DNA of 21,352 nucleotides from Candidatus Cloacimonadota bacterium (GTDB lineage Bacteria; Cloacimonadota; Cloacimonadia; Cloacimonadales; JAQVBK01): NCBI GenBank assembly GCA_028690365.1, contig JAQVBK010000025.1, positions 1 to 21,352 of the forward strand, read 5' to 3'. Shown piece by piece: positions 18,401 to 21,352 of this stretch (position 1 is its first letter; each line of letters starts with the position of its first letter). The notes under the pieces were generated by a model. It saw only the letters and a program-made list of their open reading frames with translations, ran no database searches and was not told where the DNA came from. The position numbers and the translations under genes were made by a program.

Positions 18401-18743
18401 GTCTTCCGGCAACACCACTATCCAATTAGAACTCCCGCAACCAGGTCTTTATTTCATTCACACAGTTATAATTAATAGCATTGGCAATTCAACCTTGTTG
18501 ACAACAGTAATCAATCATAATATTCCAGTCAGTGTCGTGAATATCGTCTACTCTGAAGAACTAGTTACTCTGTACTGGCCAGGAAATGAAACAGATTCAT
18601 TCCATGTATATTCATCTTCTACTCCTGATTCGGGTACATTTACAAAAGTTGGAGACGGCACCTGGACAGGAACCGAATGGACTTATACAGAAGAAGCATC
18701 TGCTGAAAAAAAATTCTACTACGTTGTCAGAGTCATAGACTAA
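15474..18743 (+). CDS. Large secreted multidomain protein with an N-terminal HExxH module, internal repeats, a C-terminal Cys/His papain-fold-like module and a terminal FN3-like domain
   Basis: 1089 aa. Signal peptide MRRLLFLFFVVFFLLQLFDINA, with AAGGAGG 6 nt upstream of the ATG. Motif LVHEYVHKLQAG (nt 15909-15923 encode HEYVH). Three copies of W-x-[VI]-DSFFD[VI] (nt 16507-16560, 17563-17616, 17703-17750). Two tandem Ig-like repeats of about 80 aa (16777-17020, 17065-17300). NVHCAPTAAASCL (Cys at nt 17856-17858) and GGGHRMTM (His at nt 18159-18161), about 100 aa apart. C-terminal FN3-like end FYYVVRVID. No T9SS CTD. Confidence 0.85.
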   Translation: MRRLLFLFFVVFFLLQLFDINAEKTRRQSFPPIHQELNRPSRAPRNLTAAEKINVSNAINTISGKGTLSYVDATGTEKEISCSDIAKGLKKQLDDGRIKVDPNMRAGNYAVTTQDGKATDAGDKVELDDALVDGTDQTFLEEVLVHEYVHKLQAGGTVASDEVEAYGVEKAYKDTVGVSNNNAHYKECVGNLAYYQNKYNEVNPQKKKNRSSHIDVDGVHYQVTLSDETQPTTSKLIYFEWGYPVSTYTEVDLGFHAGDIISPAVNLLVISGGLLTGEVMQGVIQHVEITAEGLEFSDLISFPPEDLPLPSFFHHIDYDETDPLNRFIALDTSGQRVTRLNHSGDWHVDSFFDVFVDIDISDQPVYRMEWATHPTHGRGLILDDLDQHYGSMRRLDEPITIFTELDETTHNDLPEREFREMVPVIQYPLPLAGDVAVNVFGTHGSVINVWLSNEFGEPITVLGTGTILVDNEVIIPLLDGLGDERQLLSGEYITIEDVSSGEIQWNPYRVPLTPDDVTPEIHNPFPYPGNTMVNVYGTPGHVIQVWKTDIAGSPLEQLGALSTPPDNNQVIVPLLRSLTAGEYLKAIDPLSGDAQPEPYQVPDMDDVALLRVGDWLNPQEWHDWIGKTGGGIVDLQLHIDDPDNFVTSVTFSWSIDEFEWIDIITLDNRLETPEETYGDETELDPGWFTQLDLNDSSWYIDSFFDVFFEVDIETTLGPTIPVSTVREFDPQPPNAIQIVNLDDWQYVPDSFFDITYNIPAGYSVSSITAKAVTKVDSFWKGVPTIDQRNVSNVHCAPTAAASCLKWFEAQGDNDICGVPSLSDIALVRELAKVCGTTSSGTTPSNLAKGIKQWIAAHGGGYTVRGPLAVNWKQMRDELERGQDVLSGIYWPNGGGHRMTMNSFVNKVNSEGKYKIDFMDPWGGTIGWGELDPNTGQITGFTGQSGNSGKLDKVIIVCPEEQNANTPVTGGVQVENPSSGNTTIQLELPQPGLYFIHTVIINSIGNSTLLTTVINHNIPVSVVNIVYSEELVTLYWPGNETDSFHVYSSSTPDSGTFTKVGDGTWTGTEWTYTEEASAEKKFYYVVRVID

Positions 18744-18750
18744 GCTCATA

Positions 18751-18779
18751 AGGCAGGGAGATTTCCCTGCCTTTTTTTA
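18751..18779 (+). terminator. Rho-independent terminator after the 1089-aa protein gene
   Basis: GGCAGGGA-gatt-TCCCTGCC perfect 8-bp GC-rich hairpin (18752-18771) followed by T7 (18772-18778). It lies 8 nt after the TAA stop. Confidence 0.7.
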
Positions 18780-18868
18780 TTTATCAGCTAATCTCCTGAT
18801 TTCCTTCAAATAAAATCTCGTCTATTTTATACATCGTCCCCAAACGGGGGTTTAGTACGAGAAAGATG

Positions 18869-18924
18869 GTCCCCAAACAGGGAGAGTTAAATAATAGAGA
18901 TTTCCCCCCTAAAGGTTTAGGGAC
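18869..18924. repeat. 56-nt direct repeat, copy A (GTCCCCAAACAGGGAGAGTTAAATAATAGAGATTTCCCCCCTAAAGGTTTAGGGAC)
   Basis: Read directly from the sequence. About 92% identical to the copy at 19063-19119. It contains a perfect CCCTAAA-gg-TTTAGGG hairpin, and its ends are near-complementary (GTCCCCAAAC / GTTTAGGGAC). A truncated variant, GTCCCCAAACGGGGGTTTAGTAC, sits at 18836-18858. Confidence 0.7.
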
Positions 18925-19062
18925 AATGCATGTAGGTCAATCCTCTCGGATTGACCTTATTCTTTTACTCTCGATTCTCGTTACCAATCCCCTGATTGGT
19001 AACGTAATGGATTCTCTTCCGAATCCCCGATTCGCTTAACCAATCTTGCCTATCTCGTCCCC

Positions 19063-19119
19063 GTCCCCAAACAGGAAGAGTTAAATAACAGAAATTTAAC
19101 CCCCTAAAGGTTTAGGGAC
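19063..19119. repeat. 57-nt direct repeat, copy B (GTCCCCAAACAGGAAGAGTTAAATAACAGAAATTTAACCCCCTAAAGGTTTAGGGAC)
   Basis: Aligns base-for-base with copy A. Differences are 3 substitutions plus TTTCCCCCC versus TTTAACCCCC. Same internal CCCTAAA-gg-TTTAGGG hairpin. Confidence 0.7.
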
Positions 19120-19420
19120 GAGAATAAGAAATCCTGAGATCGAAGTTCCTAAGTCGACGATAGTCGGCAAGGTCTTCGGTCTGATTTGCCGGAAGTCCCT
19201 GACCCGAGAATTTCGGGTCGAGAAACTCCCGTCAGAACAGAGCTATAGAGACTAGAATATTCTGCCTCTCTCTTCAGCTCTCAATCCCAACAAATATTGA
19301 TTGATATTCTCAAAAATATCTTGTTTCAATAATCTGTTTTCCAAAGTTGGTTTCAGACTAATTCATGATTGTTCAAATAACTTAAAAATAGTGTGTCAAA
19401 AATGATAAAAAGGATTATTT

Positions 19421-20140
19421 ATGATTGTCATCAAAAATTTAGTAAAGAAATTCAAACAGGAAACAGCGGTTAATGGAGTTTCATTCCAGTTAAATCAGGG
19501 AGAACTGGTTGGACTGGTAGGAGCAAACGGTGCCGGTAAAACAACGATAATAAAGACTATAATGGGCTTGCTCCGGAAAACATCCGGCAGCATTGAAATT
19601 TTTGGTCATGACAACACCACGGCAGAAGCAAAACTACATGTCGGTTATGTTTCTGAAGAACCAATGTTGTATGATTATATGACAGTAGAAGAGCATCTTC
19701 AATTCACAGCAATGGCTTACGAATTGAAGGATTGGCGGGAAAAGGCTGATGAACTTTTGTTTAGATTCAGTCTGACAGAAAAGAAAAACAAACTGACGAA
19801 AGAACTTTCAAAAGGAATGAAACAGAAAGTTTCTATCTGCTGTACATTCCTGATTGATTACTCCTTTTTCCTCTTAGATGAGCCATTTCTGGGACTTGAT
19901 CCCATTGCCATTTCAGAATTAAAGAAAATAATCAAACAGAAGCAAACTGAAGGTAAAACTGTACTGGTGAGTTCTCATCTCATCTCACTAATAGAAGAAC
20001 TCACTCAAAGAATTATTATCCTAAAGAAGGGTCAGATAATTTATGATGGTTCCTTGGAAGAGTTAAAGAAAACCGCAAAAATCAACGAAACAAATTCAGA
20101 AGAACTCTTTATCAATCTGATGAAAAATGAAAACAACTAA
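19421..20140 (+). CDS. ABC transporter ATP-binding protein (ABC-2 / CcmA-BcrA-like subfamily)
   Basis: 239 aa. Walker A GANGAGKTT, Q-loop, signature LSKGMKQKVS, Walker B FFLLDEPFLGLDP, H-loop SSHLISL. RBS AAGGA 6 nt before the ATG. Confidence 0.9.
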   Translation: MIVIKNLVKKFKQETAVNGVSFQLNQGELVGLVGANGAGKTTIIKTIMGLLRKTSGSIEIFGHDNTTAEAKLHVGYVSEEPMLYDYMTVEEHLQFTAMAYELKDWREKADELLFRFSLTEKKNKLTKELSKGMKQKVSICCTFLIDYSFFLLDEPFLGLDPIAISELKKIIKQKQTEGKTVLVSSHLISLIEELTQRIIILKKGQIIYDGSLEELKKTAKINETNSEELFINLMKNENN

Positions 20141-21352
20141 GCTTCTCACCTACAAATTTCTCGTCACACTGAAAAATCTTGTATTGAATTCATTCAGTAC
20201 TAAAACAAGCGGTATTACTACAACAATTGTTTCTCTTTATTTCATTTTCTTTCCTGTCAGTATAGGAATTGCTTTAAGGCAGATCGATTTTCGACAATTG
20301 AACCCAGAATTGGCTTCAACGCAAGCTATTGATTTTACTTTCGCAATAGTAATGCCCATTGTCTTATTTCTACTCTGGCTGATTTTGTTAATGGCTTCAC
20401 TGGCAACACCTTTAAATATTCAAAACGGAGACTTTTCCCGTCTCTTCACTTCACCAATAAATTTGAAAAAGATTGTCCTTTATCAGATGATCCGGAATTC
20501 AATACTCATTTGCTTTCTAACAGCCATTGTTTTGCATATCGTAGTCCCCAAACTGTACTTCAACAATATCATTGTTCTTTACGGAACAATCTACAACCTC
20601 CTAATTTTTAGTTCTGTCCTGAACTTTTTCGTTTTCTTCCTCATCCTGAGATACAAACTAAAGGCTCTCTTTCAAATTGTCTTTTGGATATTGACATCCA
20701 GCTATCTGTTTACACTATTTCTTACAATCTTCAAACCTGATTTGATAGGCTTTAGTGTTCGGGATTTTTTTGCAATGCGTTTCTGGAATTGGGTCCCAAT
20801 ACTGAATTTATATAGAAATGGACTGATGGTGATTTTTAAAGAGAGTAATTTCTCCTATCTGTTCCTACTTTTATCTCAATTTGGTTGTAATGTGATGTTG
20901 GGATTCTTTGTTTATTTGCTGGCTAACAACAATATGTACGAAGACTTTGGTAAAAGCTGGGTCAGAATAAGAAAATATCAGGACAACATGAAAGAAATGA
21001 ATTCGATATGGAGTTTCAGCAGAAAGAAAGTAGGTTACATCAAACCAAGATATGGAACCGGATGTTTTACATGGAAAAGAATATTGCACTTAAGAAGGAC
21101 CAGCTTTTCGAACTTTCTTAGTTTTCGCCTACTAGCATATATTTTAATTGCGGTTGTGGTACGTTATGATACAGATGAGAGCTTATTTTTTGCTGTTATT
21201 GCAGTTGCCTTTGCAACGATTGAGTCGCAACAGATGATGATTCAGTTTGGTGAGTTCAGTAAACCCTACATCTACTATTTTCCAGGGACTCTCTCCCAAA
21301 AATATTGGGCAATTCATGCCCGTCATATCTATGAGTTCTACCTTCATTTATC
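20127..21352 (+). CDS. Partial CDS: large polytopic membrane protein, probable permease partner of the ABC ATPase, running off the right edge of the window
   Basis: The ATG at 20127 lies inside ATGAAAAATGAAAACAACTAA and overlaps the ATPase stop by 14 nt, suggesting translational coupling. The frame stays open for at least 408 codons to the window edge in about 33% GC DNA, which is very unlikely by chance. The translation (MKTTKLLTYKFLVTLKNLVLNSFSTKTSGITTTIVSLYFIFFPVSIGIALRQ...) is dominated by hydrophobic stretches consistent with many TM helices. It is absent from the ORF track because no stop codon occurs within the window. Confidence 0.7.
   Translation, partial: MKTTKLLTYKFLVTLKNLVLNSFSTKTSGITTTIVSLYFIFFPVSIGIALRQIDFRQLNPELASTQAIDFTFAIVMPIVLFLLWLILLMASLATPLNIQNGDFSRLFTSPINLKKIVLYQMIRNSILICFLTAIVLHIVVPKLYFNNIIVLYGTIYNLLIFSSVLNFFVFFLILRYKLKALFQIVFWILTSSYLFTLFLTIFKPDLIGFSVRDFFAMRFWNWVPILNLYRNGLMVIFKESNFSYLFLLLSQFGCNVMLGFFVYLLANNNMYEDFGKSWVRIRKYQDNMKEMNSIWSFSRKKVGYIKPRYGTGCFTWKRILHLRRTSFSNFLSFRLLAYILIAVVVRYDTDESLFFAVIAVAFATIESQQMMIQFGEFSKPYIYYFPGTLSQKYWAIHARHIYEFYLHL

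Noticed and set aside
18500-18743. T9SS C-terminal sorting domain on the 1089-aa protein
   Set aside because: The C-terminus ends in an FN3-like module (…KKFYYVVRVID). It lacks the IYNxxGQxV…GxYxYKL…K pattern seen in the neighbouring C25 peptidase.
18836-19255. Considered whether the GC-rich island is RNase P RNA, tmRNA, SRP RNA or a CRISPR array
   Set aside because: The conserved cores are missing: P4 GGAAAGUCCGGGC and ACAGAANCCGGCUUA for RNase P; the 5' GGGG...GGAUUCGACGGG and the 3' T-arm-ACCA end for tmRNA; GUCAGGUCCGGAAGGAAGCAGC for SRP. The repeats are 56 nt long, only 2.4 copies, irregularly spaced, with no cas genes, so it is not CRISPR.
20871-21089. Minus-strand 72-aa ORF
   Set aside because: Antisense to the long open membrane-protein frame that starts at 20127. 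The plus-strand frame, over 400 codons without a stop, is far more credible.

Overview
This is a low-GC (about 35%) bacterial chromosomal window. The gene content suggests a type IX secretion system (T9SS)-bearing organism, possibly of the Bacteroidota/FCB group or Cloacimonadota; that placement is inference. The minus strand carries three tandem acidic lipoprotein genes (the first a partial N-terminus), an MFS transporter of the UMF1 family, recF, dnaN and hup. hup sits where dnaA is usually found. A divergent AT-rich intergenic region precedes a 1.6 kb-protein gene for a gingipain-like C25 cysteine peptidase with a T9SS C-terminal sorting domain. It is followed by a hairpin terminator and a tRNA-Pro(CGG). 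The next minus-strand block holds an SPFH/band-7 protein, slyD and sppA, each followed by a hairpin terminator. A 1089-aa secreted multidomain protein is encoded on the plus strand, with three candidate peptidase-like features: an HExxH motif, internal repeats and a C-terminal Cys/His module. It is followed by a roughly 420 nt GC-rich (about 50%) island packed with perfect short hairpins and a 56-nt direct repeat in 2.4 copies. I could not assign this island to any known RNA family, and it is the most unusual signal in the window. The window ends with an ABC-2-type ATPase, translationally coupled to a long open reading frame that runs to the window edge (over 408 codons, with no stop in the window and so missing from the ORF track) and encodes a hydrophobic polytopic membrane protein. 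All product calls rest on motif recognition by eye; no searches were run.
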